Source of the DNA: Pseudomonadota bacterium
GTDB lineage: Bacteria; Bdellovibrionota; FAC87; UBA2466
Length of the DNA: 64,000 nt
NCBI GenBank assembly: GCA_043718025.1
Contig: JAYSWN010000188.1
Coordinates: 28,766-92,765, forward strand
Direction of reading: 5' to 3'
Part shown: positions 1 through 10,579 of the stretch, piece by piece
Layout of the letters: each line of letters opens with the position of its first letter
Position numbering within the stretch: the first letter of the stretch is position 1
Notes under the pieces: model-generated
What the model was told of the DNA's origin: nothing
Databases searched by the model: none
What the model saw: only the letters and a program-made list of their open reading frames with translations
Translations under genes and position numbers: made by a program

Positions 1-584
1 GCTACACCGTCAGTAATTTTGCGCGTCACAAACTCAAGCCCGCGGCGGGGCGACTCGTGGTTAAACAAAATGCCTGACACCGCGAACAGGTTGTAACTCT
101 CACGGTAGTTCACCGTAATGTGATGGCCGTAAACCTTGGCGACCCCGTACGGGCTACGCGGATAAAAAGGGGTGGTTTCGGTCTGCGGCACTTCTCGCAC
201 CTTGCCGTACATCTCAGAGCTAGAGGCCTGGTAAAACTTGGTTTTGGGGCACACCGCACGAATGGCTTCGAGCATTCTTGAAACGCCGATAGCCGTAAAT
301 TCGGCGGTAAGCACCGGCTGCTCCCACGAGGTGGGCACAAACGACTGGGCGGCAAGATTATAGGTTTCATCGGGCTGCGCCCGCTCAAGAGCTTTAGACA
401 GCGAAACCTGGTCCAAAAGATCAGCGTGAATCAGGGTGACCCGATCTTGAATGTGGGCAATGCGATCGAAACTTTCGTTCGATGAGCGCCTTACGATGCC
501 AAAAACCTCATACCCTTTTTGCAAAAGTAAATCGGCCAAGTAAGAGCCATCCTGCCCGCTAATGCCCGTAATAAGTGCTCGCAT
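1..584 (-). CDS. gmd: GDP-mannose 4,6-dehydratase (5' part; runs off the window edge)
   Basis: Not in the ORF track. Manual translation from ATG at 584 gives [29 protein letters not shown]...YNLAAQSFV...[11 protein letters not shown]...PRSPYGVAK...NHESPRRG, the hallmark Gmd motifs. Confidence 0.95.
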   Translation of the reverse strand, partial: MRALITGISGQDGSYLADLLLQKGYEVFGIVRRSSNESFDRIAHIQDRVTLIHADLLDQVSLSKALERAQPDETYNLAAQSFVPTSWEQPVLTAEFTAIGVSRMLEAIRAVCPKTKFYQASSSEMYGKVREVPQTETTPFYPRSPYGVAKVYGHHITVNYRESYNLFAVSGILFNHESPRRGLEFVTRKITDGV

Positions 585-585
585 T

Positions 586-2028
586 TTATTCCTTAAGAAG
601 TTTAGTTACCAATTCGTTGACCATGGCAGGATTGCCTTGCCCTTTGGTGGCTTTCATCACCTGCCCAACAAAAAAGCCGAGCAACTTGTCCTTACCACCC
701 TTGAAATCAGCGGCCTGTTTGGGATTTGCGCTAATCACTTCGCGAATCACCTTTTCCAAAGCCCCGGAGTCGCTGATTTGGCTTAAGCCTTTTTCGGCAA
801 TAATGGTATCAGCCGACTTGGACGTAAGGAACATCTCTTCAAATACGTCTTTGGCCATTTTGCCGCTGAGTTCATTACTGGTGATCTTACCGATCAGCGC
901 CGCCATCTGCTCAACCGGCACGGGAGAGCTTTCAATCTCTTTGCCCTCGGCGTTTAACCGCCCCAACAGCTCGTTCATGATCCAGTTGGCGCTCAGTTTA
1001 GCGTTGCCGGTCTTTTTCACCACGCCTTCGTAATAGTCGGCCAGATCCCGCGACGCCGTAAGCACACTGGCATCGTAGTCCGCTAAACCATAATCGGCCT
1101 TGAAGCGTTCGCGCTTGGCCTCCGGCAATTCCGGCATCTGGCTTTTTACCTGCGCTAGAAGTGCAGAAGAGATCGACAGGGGGGCAAGATCGGGTTCCGG
1201 AAAATAACGGTAGTCGTGCGCCTGCTCCTTCTCGCGCATGAGTTCGGTAATATTTTTGGCCGAGTTCCAGCTGCGGGTCTGCTGAATAATCTTTTCTCCC
1301 CGCTCAACCATTTCTACTTGCCGGTCGATCTCATACTCAATCGCTTTCTCAACGAAACGAAATGAGTTGATGTTTTTCAGTTCGACCTTGGTTCCAAACT
1401 CAGGGGCGCCAAACTTACGCACCGAAATGTTGGCATCGCAACGAAAATTGCCCTTCTCCATATTGCCATCGCAAACCTCAGCGTAACGAAGCAAGTTACG
1501 AATATGGCGCAGGTACTGGCCCGCCTCGTGCGACGATCGCATTTCCGGCTCGCTCACCATTTCGCACAGGGGCACGCCCGCACGATTTAAATTTACCAAA
1601 GTGTCCGCACCACGGTGAACCGACTTTCCTGCATCCTCTTCAAAGTGGATGCGGGTGATGCCAATGCGCTTCTCTTCGCCATTCTTCAAACGAATGGTTA
1701 CGTGACCCCCGGTACAATACGGCCGCTCGTACTGGCTAATCTGGTAGCCCTTCGGCAAATCGGGATAAAAATAGTTTTTGCGCGCAAAAATGCTCTCTTC
1801 ATGCACCTTGGCATTGATGGCCAAGGCGGCGCGTACGCCCAACTCAATGGCCTTCTGATTAATAACCGGAAGACTTCCTGGTTGCCCGGTGCACACCGGA
1901 CATACAAACGTATTCGGCGCCCCTTCAAAATGGTTGGGACAAGAGCAAAACATTTTACTCTTGGTCAACAGCTGAGCGTGAATTTCTAAACCAATCACCA
2001 CTTCGTAATTTTCTCGGGCCATCGTCAC
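586..2028 (-). CDS. gatB: Asp/Glu-tRNA(Asn/Gln) amidotransferase subunit B
   Basis: [54 protein letters not shown] motifs. Confidence 0.98.
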   Translation of the reverse strand: MTMARENYEVVIGLEIHAQLLTKSKMFCSCPNHFEGAPNTFVCPVCTGQPGSLPVINQKAIELGVRAALAINAKVHEESIFARKNYFYPDLPKGYQISQYERPYCTGGHVTIRLKNGEEKRIGITRIHFEEDAGKSVHRGADTLVNLNRAGVPLCEMVSEPEMRSSHEAGQYLRHIRNLLRYAEVCDGNMEKGNFRCDANISVRKFGAPEFGTKVELKNINSFRFVEKAIEYEIDRQVEMVERGEKIIQQTRSWNSAKNITELMREKEQAHDYRYFPEPDLAPLSISSALLAQVKSQMPELPEAKRERFKADYGLADYDASVLTASRDLADYYEGVVKKTGNAKLSANWIMNELLGRLNAEGKEIESSPVPVEQMAALIGKITSNELSGKMAKDVFEEMFLTSKSADTIIAEKGLSQISDSGALEKVIREVISANPKQAADFKGGKDKLLGFFVGQVMKATKGQGNPAMVNELVTKLLKE

Positions 2029-3494
2029 ACCACCCCTTCCGACCAGCGCGGAAGCGAAAAACTTCCTCGGGCCGACTCGAAAGCACGCGCCAACTGAAAG
2101 AGCGTATTCTCATCAAAGTGTTTACCAATAAACTGCAAGCCTACCGGCAAGCCTTGGGAGTCTTTTCCGCAAGGTACCGAAAGGCCCGGTAGACCGGCCA
2201 GATTTACCGGCAGAGTGTAAATGTCGGATAGATACATCGTGAGCGGATCATCGGTCTTTTCACCGAGTTTGAAAGCAGTAGACGGCGAGGTTGGCGCGAC
2301 GATGCACTGTACCGTTTTATAAGCGTCCAAAAAATCCATCTGAATTTGGCGGCGAACACGATTTGCCTTGAGGTAAAAAGCGTCATAATAGCCTGCCGAC
2401 AGCGCGTAGGTGCCAAGCATAATACGCAGTTTCACCTCACGGCCAAAACCTTTGCCCCGCGACTTGGCGTATATGGCGTCGGGCGAATCAAGATCGCCAC
2501 TACGAAATCCATAGTGCACGCCATCGAAACGGGCCAAGTTGCTGCTCGCCTCGCTGGTCGCAAGTAAGTAATAGACCGACAGCGAGTACTTAGCGTGCGG
2601 TAGCTTAATGTCGACCAGCTTGGCGCCTTCGGCTTTCAGTAACTCTAACGAAGCCTCAAATGATTTTCTAACGTCGCCATCGAGCCCTTCGACCCAATCA
2701 CGGGGCACGCCAAGCACGGCGCCCTTTAACGAAGCACGTTGCAAGGTTTCGGTGTATTTAGGAACCAGGTTACGGGCGCTGGTAGCGTCTCTTCCATCGT
2801 ATCCGGCCATCACTTCAGTAACCCGAGCGGCATCCCAAATGTTTTTCGCAAAGGGGCCAACTTGGTCGAGCGAACTGGCAAAGGCCACCACACCATAACG
2901 ACTCACCCGCCCATACGTTGGTTTTACGCCAACCACGCCGCAGAGGGCGGCGGGTTGACGGATACTTCCGCCGGTATCGCTGCCCAACGAAAACGGGCAG
3001 AGCGAAGCCGAAACGGCGGCCGCCGAGCCGCCGCTACTTCCGCCCGGAACGCGATTGTGATCAAACGGATTTTTTACCGGACCGAAGGCGCTGTTCTCAT
3101 TCGACGATCCCATGGCAAATTCATCAAGGTTAGTTTTGCCGATGCAAATCGCGCCGGCCGCTTCCAGCCGTTCGACTACGGTTGCGGTGTACGGGGCAAC
3201 GTAATCGCCTAAAATTTTTGAGCCGGCCGTCATTCGCCAGCCCTTCACCAAAAAATTATCTTTCACGCCAAAAGGCACGCCGAAGAGTGGCAGTTTTTCA
3301 ACTTCGCCCATTCTTTCGTCGAGTTCTTTAGCGCGGCGAAGTGATTCGGCCTCGTTGACGTGCAAAAAGGCGTTGAGCGAAGGGTTGCGCCGCTTGATTT
3401 CGGCCAAGTACTTCGCCACCACTTCAGAGGGTTTAAATTGTTTTTTTTGATACCCCTCGAGCAGATCGAGAATCAAAAATTTATCTAGTTCCAT
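2025..3494 (-). CDS. gatA: Glu-tRNA(Gln) amidotransferase subunit A
   Basis: Amidase signature GKTNLDEFAMGSS, PGGSSGGSAAAV, GSDTGGSIRQPA; SNLARFDG; overlaps gatB. Confidence 0.98.
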   Translation of the reverse strand: MELDKFLILDLLEGYQKKQFKPSEVVAKYLAEIKRRNPSLNAFLHVNEAESLRRAKELDERMGEVEKLPLFGVPFGVKDNFLVKGWRMTAGSKILGDYVAPYTATVVERLEAAGAICIGKTNLDEFAMGSSNENSAFGPVKNPFDHNRVPGGSSGGSAAAVSASLCPFSLGSDTGGSIRQPAALCGVVGVKPTYGRVSRYGVVAFASSLDQVGPFAKNIWDAARVTEVMAGYDGRDATSARNLVPKYTETLQRASLKGAVLGVPRDWVEGLDGDVRKSFEASLELLKAEGAKLVDIKLPHAKYSLSVYYLLATSEASSNLARFDGVHYGFRSGDLDSPDAIYAKSRGKGFGREVKLRIMLGTYALSAGYYDAFYLKANRVRRQIQMDFLDAYKTVQCIVAPTSPSTAFKLGEKTDDPLTMYLSDIYTLPVNLAGLPGLSVPCGKDSQGLPVGLQFIGKHFDENTLFQLARAFESARGSFSLPRWSEGVV

Positions 3495-3496
3495 AA

Positions 3497-3787
3497 TTAA
3501 TCACCTTCAAGAACGGCAGGCAGACGAAAGCTGTTTTCTTCAGAGTCGGGGGCATTTTTTAATAGCCCCGCAATGTTGGCGAAGTGCACCACTTTATCTT
3601 CACGCACCGAAACGGCGTCTTTGGGGACGTGGCGCACAAATTCATTGGTATCGCCGCCAACCGAATCCAGCTCTTTAACGTACTCAAGAACGCGAGTGAG
3701 GCGGGTCTGAAAGAATTCTACCTCGGCCGACGTTAACTCCAGACGGGCTAAACGGCCGATCTTTAATACTTCTTCTTTGGTTAACAT
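3497..3787 (-). CDS. gatC: Asp/Glu-tRNA amidotransferase subunit C
   Basis: From ATG 3787: MLTKEEVLKIGRLARLEL...REDKV...NAPDSEENSFRLPAVLE; upstream of gatA. The longer ORF-track start is unlikely. Confidence 0.92.
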   Translation of the reverse strand: MLTKEEVLKIGRLARLELTSAEVEFFQTRLTRVLEYVKELDSVGGDTNEFVRHVPKDAVSVREDKVVHFANIAGLLKNAPDSEENSFRLPAVLEGD

Positions 3788-3794
3788 GGGCGCC

Positions 3795-3853
3795 AAGATA
3801 CCCGTGCTCACCCCACCGCGCAACTTGGGTTTCGGCCGCCGAGGCCCTATAAT
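3795..3853. promoter_or_regulatory. Back-to-back divergent sigma70-type promoters (gatC and the 3861 gene)
   Basis: Minus strand TTGCGC(3823-3818)-17-TATCTT(3800-3795); plus strand TTGGGT(3825-3830)-17-TATAAT(3848-3853). Each -10 is 7 nt before an ATG. Confidence 0.65.
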
Positions 3854-3860
3854 AGCCAAC

Positions 3861-4520
3861 ATGCGATACCGTAACCCCACTTTTGCCCAGTCGATAAAAC
3901 TGGTAGCCCTATTTTTCGCGGTTTTCAGCGGCTTTACCGCCTGCAAAATAGGTTCAAAAGACCTTCAGCTTGACCCAGAACTTAAAAGATCGATTTTCCC
4001 CATCGCCGATGGCTGGACTTGGACCTACAACCTAATCACCTTCGGCAACTCAACTTTTGGCGTGCCCTGTCAACCCGGCACCCGAACCCAATCGATGTCG
4101 GCCACGGCCACCATTCAAGGCAAAACCGCGGTGTGGTTGCCCCTGCTCTGTGCCTCCACCCCCACCAATGCGGCCTACTCGGTAACCGGCGATCAGGTCT
4201 GGAAATGGACCGGCACAGAGTGGATCTCTTACCTGGATGCCCCGCTCACCGAAGGGCGAAGTTTTATTTCGGGCACCCGGGCCTACACTTGGTACCGCCC
4301 TTACAACGTTACCGTTCCCGCCGGAACCTTTAACGACTGCTGGACCAAAAAAGACAACCGCAGCGACAGCTTTGAAACCTTTTGTCGCGGAGTAGGATTG
4401 GTAATTAGCCACAACGCCGATGCCGCCCCAAACGGCTGGCGCGCCACTTTAGAGAGAACTTTTGGTCCTACCGTTCGCCAGAGTGGCGATGAGAACGATG
4501 GCTTCGACGAACTGCCTTAG
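3861..4520 (+). CDS. Hypothetical lipoprotein, beta-rich
   Basis: Signal ending FSGFTA-C (lipobox-like); C-terminal VTVPAGTFNDC...ETFCRGVGLV motif; ATG 3861 preferred because of the promoter position. Confidence 0.7.
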   Translation: MRYRNPTFAQSIKLVALFFAVFSGFTACKIGSKDLQLDPELKRSIFPIADGWTWTYNLITFGNSTFGVPCQPGTRTQSMSATATIQGKTAVWLPLLCASTPTNAAYSVTGDQVWKWTGTEWISYLDAPLTEGRSFISGTRAYTWYRPYNVTVPAGTFNDCWTKKDNRSDSFETFCRGVGLVISHNADAAPNGWRATLERTFGPTVRQSGDENDGFDELP

Positions 4521-4525
4521 GCAGT

Positions 4526-5434
4526 TCACCACCAGTCGCCATATTGTAAATCTACGAAGCGGGTTGAATTGGGGTACTTTAGACTCCACGCCATGGGTAC
4601 CGAAGCTCCGGGTGACGGCTCGTCACTCAGTTTCCAGGTAAAGAATTTTTTAATTCCCGTGGCGTGCGAAACCAGCTGCGCCGCCCGGCGAGCCGCTCCT
4701 ACGTCAGTAGCAAACAGAATTTTAATTTCGCCCTTAGCAAAATCAGGCACCACGATCGCAAATTCGTCACCCACTTGGTAGCAGACTTCGGGCATCGGTT
4801 TGCTTTTCAGCTCGGCAAAGAAACCAAACTTCAATAACTCCCAATCCACCCATTGCGGGTCGGGCAGTAGTGCCAAGCCAGGGCCACCACTTTGAACCAA
4901 ATCGGTACGCCACTGGCGAATCACCCTTACGGCCTCTTCCATGGGCACCGCTTCGGGTTCGACCAGCCGCGCTTCAGTCGACTCGTAGGTGGGAATGATT
5001 TCGGTGATTTCGGCCACGGGTGTCGCGAAAAAATTAAACCGCTCGTAAAACTTTGGGGGGATGTCGGAGTACAGACACCACGATTTGTCGGCCTGGGTTT
5101 CGAAAAGTTCTTTTAACATTTTCGAAGCGTGCCCTTGCCCCCGTCGTTCTTTTGGCGTGAATACCGAAGCCAGCAACAACCCGCGCTCTTCGGCGTAGCC
5201 ACCTTTATCGTCCTGGGTAGCAAAATCTATATCGAGGGTGTCGCAAGAGGACAAGATGGCCCCCGTGCCGTCTAAATAAACGTGGGTCTCAATGCGCGAC
5301 TGGCCGAAGGGGTGATCGTAAAGCATTTCATTTCTTTTCACGAACTGATCGCCCGATAGGCCCTCGGCCCAGGCCTCGGCACGAAGAGTAGCTAGTTGAG
5401 TACGGTGTTTGGAGCTTCCGGTAGTTAAAAACAT
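4526..5434 (-). CDS. GNAT-family N-acetyltransferase
   Basis: Acetyl-CoA motif A SVFTPKERRGQGHASKML and LYSDI..KFYERF; coupled to the uvrD stop. Confidence 0.8.
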   Translation of the reverse strand: MFLTTGSSKHRTQLATLRAEAWAEGLSGDQFVKRNEMLYDHPFGQSRIETHVYLDGTGAILSSCDTLDIDFATQDDKGGYAEERGLLLASVFTPKERRGQGHASKMLKELFETQADKSWCLYSDIPPKFYERFNFFATPVAEITEIIPTYESTEARLVEPEAVPMEEAVRVIRQWRTDLVQSGGPGLALLPDPQWVDWELLKFGFFAELKSKPMPEVCYQVGDEFAIVVPDFAKGEIKILFATDVGAARRAAQLVSHATGIKKFFTWKLSDEPSPGASVPMAWSLKYPNSTRFVDLQYGDWW

Positions 5435-7719
5435 CAGCCCTTGGGTAGCATTTGTGCGAAGCGGAGAGAAATCTTTTTTAAGCCTCGGCCGACAAAATTT
5501 ACGATTACTTTGTCTTTTCCCAAATGCCCCTGAATCACCCCTTCGCCAAAAATGGGGTGCATCACTCGCTCGCCTTTGCGTAAACCACCGTCTTCGCTAA
5601 AAGAGGCTTCACGAAGGTCGTCGACGCCGCCACTTCCGTATACCTGGCTAAAATCGTCTTCGAAGGCGCCGGGCGTGTCAAAATCGTCGTGGGCCTGCGG
5701 TAAGGCCTTTCGCTCGGTAAAGCCACGCCGCCGGCCAAAGTAGTCGGCTTTCTGTGCCGCCACGTAGTTGGCCGGTATCTCTTCTAAAAAACGGCTCATC
5801 ACCCGAAATTGCGGGTTACCAAACACCACCCGGTTTTTTGCGAAGAACAGACCCAAAGTTTTCTTGGCGCGAGTCATGCCCACGTAGAAGAGACGACGTT
5901 CTTCCTCAATATCACTCGGGTCAACTGGCTCCCACGAGCGAATGTTGGGAAAAAGCTCCTCCTCGAGCCCCACGATAAAGACGTGCTCGAACTCAAGGCC
6001 CTTGGCCATGTGAATGGTCATCATCTTCAACGAGGGCGAATCAGGATCAAAACGGTCAAAGTCAGAGACCAGGGCCACCTCTTCCAAAAAACCCTGTAGT
6101 GAAAGGGGGGAGTTGGGAGATTCTGCCCCTTTTCGAAGTTCGTACTCAACAATGCTCTGGCGCAATTCGGCCAAGTTTTCTAAACGCGCCTGCGACTCCA
6201 CCGTGGCTTCATCGACCAGCGACTTACGGTAACCTGAATCTTCCAACACTTGATTGATCAGATCAGAAGGCAAAAGCTCGGTGGTAGCCCGCTGCAGTCG
6301 TTTCATAAGCTCGTAAAACTTTTGAAACGATTTCATCGCCCGACCCAGCTCCGAGCTTGAGCACACCGGCGAATCCCCAAAGTAACTCTCTAAGGTCTGG
6401 TAGCACGACTGCCCCAGCCCACGCGCCTTAGCGGTAAAGCGCTCCATCGATACCGCGCCAATGCCTCGGCCGGGCACGTTGATAATGCGGCGAAAGCTAA
6501 CATCATCGGAAGGGTTATTGAGCAGCTTCAAATAGGCCAAGCTGTCTTTGACCTCGAGCCGATCATAAAACTTTAAGCCACCGTAGATCTGATAGTTGAC
6601 CCCTTTGGCCCGCAAAAAGTCTTCGAGCACGCGCGATTGGGCATTGGTACGATAGAAAATAGCCAGTTCGTTGAGCGAGGCGCCATTCGACACGGTGGCG
6701 CCCACTTTGCTCATCACCTTCTGCGCTTCATCGTGCTCGTCGTAGCACTCTTGCACATCAATTTTTTCGCCCTCTTCATTGTTGGTGAAGAGTTTTTTAT
6801 CGCGCCGTTCGGTGTTGTGCGAAATAACGTGACTTGCCGCCTCGATAATATTTTGGGTCGAACGGTAATTCTCTTCTAATTTAAAAATCGCGGCATTCGG
6901 ATAATCTTTTTCAAAGCTCAAAATATTTTGAATATCAGCGCCGCGCCAACCGTAAATAGACTGATCTTCGTCACCCACGGCGCACAGATTAGCGTGCGGG
7001 CCCGCCATCAATTTCATCAACCGGTATTGGCAATGGTTGGTGTCTTGGTACTCATCGATAAAAAGATAGGGCAGCCGCTCTTGATACGCCGCCAGCACCT
7101 GGGGCTTAGTAGCAAAGAGAGTGACGGTCTTTAAAATAAGATCCGAAAAGTCTAGCGCCGCCGAAAGTTTAAGCACCTGTGCGTAGCGGGCAAAGGCTTG
7201 GGCGAATGCCTCTTCGAAAGGGCCGCCGTAATTGGGTTTGAAAGTGTCGGCGTCAATGCCTTCGTTTTTCAATTTATTGATGCGGCTCTGAAACGCCTTT
7301 GGCGAATAGGCACTTTCGTTGAGGTTGAGTTCTTTCAGCACCGCCTTCACCACCGAGAGCTGATCGGAATCATCGTAAATAGTAAACTGGTTCGGATAGC
7401 CCAGGTGCTGAATTTCCGATCGCAAAATTCGTACGCAAGCCGAATGAAATGTGCTTACCCACATTTCGGCGCGTGGACGAGTGTCGGTCTGGGCCAGCAG
7501 TTTCCCCACGCGGGCCCTTAGCTCAGCCGCCGCTTTGTTGGTAAAGGTGACCGCAAAAATTTCGCTTGAGTCAATTCCCAGATCGGAGATGAGATGGGCA
7601 ATACGGTGAGTGATAACCCGCGTTTTACCGGAACCGGCGCCGGCCAAAATAAGGATGGGCCCCGCGCCATAAGAGACGGCGGCCCGCTGACTGTCATTTA
7701 ATCCGGCAAGAAGATCCAT
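5434..7719 (-). CDS. uvrD: UvrD/PcrA SF1 DNA helicase
   Basis: AGAGSGKT, VTFTNKAA, IDEYQDTN, VGDEDQSIYGWRGA, LEENYRST, MTIHMAKGLEF, EEERRLFYVGMTRA; C-terminal HPIFGEG Tudor-like domain; probable start MDLLAGLN at 7719. Confidence 0.95.
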   Translation of the reverse strand: MDLLAGLNDSQRAAVSYGAGPILILAGAGSGKTRVITHRIAHLISDLGIDSSEIFAVTFTNKAAAELRARVGKLLAQTDTRPRAEMWVSTFHSACVRILRSEIQHLGYPNQFTIYDDSDQLSVVKAVLKELNLNESAYSPKAFQSRINKLKNEGIDADTFKPNYGGPFEEAFAQAFARYAQVLKLSAALDFSDLILKTVTLFATKPQVLAAYQERLPYLFIDEYQDTNHCQYRLMKLMAGPHANLCAVGDEDQSIYGWRGADIQNILSFEKDYPNAAIFKLEENYRSTQNIIEAASHVISHNTERRDKKLFTNNEEGEKIDVQECYDEHDEAQKVMSKVGATVSNGASLNELAIFYRTNAQSRVLEDFLRAKGVNYQIYGGLKFYDRLEVKDSLAYLKLLNNPSDDVSFRRIINVPGRGIGAVSMERFTAKARGLGQSCYQTLESYFGDSPVCSSSELGRAMKSFQKFYELMKRLQRATTELLPSDLINQVLEDSGYRKSLVDEATVESQARLENLAELRQSIVEYELRKGAESPNSPLSLQGFLEEVALVSDFDRFDPDSPSLKMMTIHMAKGLEFEHVFIVGLEEELFPNIRSWEPVDPSDIEEERRLFYVGMTRAKKTLGLFFAKNRVVFGNPQFRVMSRFLEEIPANYVAAQKADYFGRRRGFTERKALPQAHDDFDTPGAFEDDFSQVYGSGGVDDLREASFSEDGGLRKGERVMHPIFGEGVIQGHLGKDKVIVNFVGRGLKKISLRFAQMLPKG

Positions 7720-7840
7720 TGACCGAGATTTATCCAATGAATCCGAGCATAGAGCAAGCCTAGTAACCCAGAACAAAATAAGGGAGGGGCGCTCCCAACC
7801 CAAAACGCACGCCCCCCCCCTTTAAACCGAAACCGTTTAA

Positions 7841-8272
7841 TTAAAACGTTTCTGGTTTCCCCTTTAGATACCGGGTGCAAGTAAGCCCGTGGCCCACTTC
7901 CCCTTCTTCCCCCAAGAAACTTAAATACCCGCCCACGGTCTTTAGCCCGCGTTTTTCATCAACGCCCTCTTTGAATTTGACCGTAAGTGACACCCGATCA
8001 GAATGGGTTTCAGCATTTCCGAAAACCGAATAAAGCGTGCTCGTAGAAAAACTGGTCTTTGCAATTTCTGAGTCGTAACGCACTAACAAAGTACCCCGAT
8101 CTACGGAGCTTAAAACGAACGTAGCCGGATTGCGGGTGCCTTTGCTCGGGTTAATGTGGTGGTACAACTGTACCCGGTAGCCATCCACTGAATCGCAAAT
8201 AAACCCACTGGCAAAACTGGGCCGCGCTAAAACCGCGCACAAGACGAGAGAGACGAACAAGAGACTTTTCAT
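7841..8272 (-). CDS. Hypothetical secreted protein
   Basis: Signal peptide MKSLLFVSLVLCAVLARPSFA; two Cys in the mature part; SD-like GGAAGG upstream. Confidence 0.7.
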   Translation of the reverse strand: MKSLLFVSLVLCAVLARPSFASGFICDSVDGYRVQLYHHINPSKGTRNPATFVLSSVDRGTLLVRYDSEIAKTSFSTSTLYSVFGNAETHSDRVSLTVKFKEGVDEKRGLKTVGGYLSFLGEEGEVGHGLTCTRYLKGKPETF

Positions 8273-8539
8273 GAGTTACCCTTCCAATTGGAAAATTCGA
8301 AGCCCAACGCCTCGGTAAACCGTTTTACAGTTTAGGAATCCGCCGCTTGGCTTTGAGCCAGGGCGAAAGGGGCGCCGAAGAATTCGTTGGTGCTTTCAAG
8401 CACCGCGGTAAGACAGGCCCCTAACTCTTCTTAGGTAGAGATCAGATTTAGCACCGCAAAATTACGCGTCAACCGTTTATCGACGACATAGCGCGTTACT
8501 ATCGCCCGTTTGCGAAGGATAGTGTAAATTTTATTCCTC

Positions 8540-10579
8540 ATGAATCGATACTCTCTTCTTATCTTCTTGGTGATGGCGATAACTTCTGCGGCCTTCGCGG
8601 GCCGAGGCTCACGCAGGCCGCAAGCCACCTCGGGCTCGTCCGATAACGCCGCGATGGCACGTATTCTACAGGCGGAAGACAACCGCATTACCGGTGACAA
8701 ACGGTTGCTCAGTCACTTCTCCAGCTCTTCCCGCCGCGTGGCCAAGGCCGCCATTCTGGCCGCGGGGAGAAACCGCGACGCTTCGTATTTAGAGCCACTC
8801 GCCAATTTGCTCAATCGCAAAGACAAAGAGTTCAAACAGCTCGCCGCCTTTTCAATGGGCATGATCGGCACCGAGCTTGCTCTCAAAATTTTGCAGCAAC
8901 ATCTCGCCATGCAGAAAGATGCCGAAACCATCACCGCTATCATCAACGCCATGGGAATATCGGGAAGCGATAAGTTGCTCTCAACCGTTGCCCAGTTTTT
9001 AAGACCCGGCAATAAGGCTGAGGTTATGGAAGCCGCCTGCGAAGCAATGGGAAAAATTTTTTCCACGCTGGGAACCACTTCCCCATCCGGCATTCAAGAA
9101 ATACTGAAAGATTTGGCGACGCTAGCGGCGGGCCCGGAGCCAGTAGCCCGAGCAGCGGCATTTGCCTTATCCCGTTGGAAAAATGAAATGACTCCTGTCA
9201 CCCCGGCCCAGCTGATTGCCGCGGCAAAGAAGTCTAACTGGCCCGAAACGCGCGAGCTTTTGTTGCGATCGCTTAGTCGATTTAAGACTGCAGAAGTTTC
9301 TTTGTATTTGGCCAGCGAACTCGCCAATGCCACCAGTAATCCGGGCGTGCGCATCGAAGCCGCCAAGGCACTTTCGAGCCATCCGGCGTCCGAAATTATT
9401 TTTGCCGCATTGAAAACCGGTTTTTCAGAAGGTTCGTCACACTTGATCTATCAGGTGCTCGAAACCGTTTACAACATGGGGCCGGCCGCTGGTCCGCGAC
9501 TTACCGAGAACATTGAAGCCTTATTAAAAAACACCCAATCGGTATGGTTGCGCGGTGGCGCCTTGAAAACGCTGGCGGCAATCAATCCGCCGCTGGCCCG
9601 TCAACGCGTCATCGAGCTAATGCCAAAAGCCGGTCCGCCGCTACTCGAAGCGTGCATTGGAGCGCTGGGAACCCTTGGCACCACCGAAGACTTGGAGAAG
9701 GTTTTGACCTTCCTCACCCACACACGAATGACGGTGGTACAAGCCGCGCTCGAGGCCCTTGCCCAAAGTTCAGAGGATAAATTTCCGGCCACGACCAAAC
9801 CGCTGGTCCGAAAAACCTTGGAAACGGCCGATATTGGCGTCACCGCATTGGTGTCCCAAATCGTGGAGAAAAATCGATGGAAGGATTTTTCTGGTCCCCT
9901 GAGTCTGACCTACCGTCTGCTTTCGAAGCCAGACCAAGTGGAGGCCCGGGTAGCGATTTTGGGAGCGCTAGCGGTCGTGGGAGATCCCTCGCAGCTAGAT
10001 GTGATTGAAGAGGCGTTCAAAGACAACGAACGGGTGGTGGTAGAAGCGGCGGTAAAGGCTAAGAAAGCGCTCACCGGAAAAGATGAGAGCGAACGCATTC
10101 CGGTGAATAGCAAAATCACCAAACCAGCCACCACCAAATATGATGAAATCAAAAACACCGGTGGCCGCACTCTGCTGCTACGAACGACCCGCGGCGACAT
10201 CACAATTAAGTTTTTCGAAGAAACTTCGTTGGTGAATTTTCAGGTCATGAAACTGGTGAAAGAGGGTTTCTACACCGGAAAGTCGTTTCACCGGCTGGTG
10301 CCTAATTTTGTTGGGCAAGGCGGCGACCCCCGCGGCGATGGTTTTGGGGGCCCGGGCTTTTTGATTCGCGATCAATATTCGCTGATCTCCCCCGAGCGCG
10401 GTCTGGTGGGGATTGCCACGGCGGGTCAAGACACGGGCGGCTCACAATTCTTTTTCAATTTAGCGCCCAACTTGCACTTAAGGGGCCGCTATTCCTTCTT
10501 TGGCGAAGTGACCCGGGGGCACGAGGTGCTCGACCAGCTCGAGGTTGACGACAAGATTATCGCCGCAAAACTTCAGTAA
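8540..10579 (+). CDS. HEAT-repeat protein with C-terminal cyclophilin-type peptidyl-prolyl isomerase domain
   Basis: Signal peptide; repeated helical AAxALG-type units; FHRLVPNFVGQGGDPRGDG and DTGGSQFF motifs. Confidence 0.88.
   Translation: MNRYSLLIFLVMAITSAAFAGRGSRRPQATSGSSDNAAMARILQAEDNRITGDKRLLSHFSSSSRRVAKAAILAAGRNRDASYLEPLANLLNRKDKEFKQLAAFSMGMIGTELALKILQQHLAMQKDAETITAIINAMGISGSDKLLSTVAQFLRPGNKAEVMEAACEAMGKIFSTLGTTSPSGIQEILKDLATLAAGPEPVARAAAFALSRWKNEMTPVTPAQLIAAAKKSNWPETRELLLRSLSRFKTAEVSLYLASELANATSNPGVRIEAAKALSSHPASEIIFAALKTGFSEGSSHLIYQVLETVYNMGPAAGPRLTENIEALLKNTQSVWLRGGALKTLAAINPPLARQRVIELMPKAGPPLLEACIGALGTLGTTEDLEKVLTFLTHTRMTVVQAALEALAQSSEDKFPATTKPLVRKTLETADIGVTALVSQIVEKNRWKDFSGPLSLTYRLLSKPDQVEARVAILGALAVVGDPSQLDVIEEAFKDNERVVVEAAVKAKKALTGKDESERIPVNSKITKPATTKYDEIKNTGGRTLLLRTTRGDITIKFFEETSLVNFQVMKLVKEGFYTGKSFHRLVPNFVGQGGDPRGDGFGGPGFLIRDQYSLISPERGLVGIATAGQDTGGSQFFFNLAPNLHLRGRYSFFGEVTRGHEVLDQLEVDDKIIAAKLQ

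Noticed and set aside
7812..7820. C9 homopolymer upstream of uvrD as a phase-variation tract
   Set aside because: It lies about 90 nt upstream of the likely start and outside the proposed promoter; one consensus sequence cannot show length variation.
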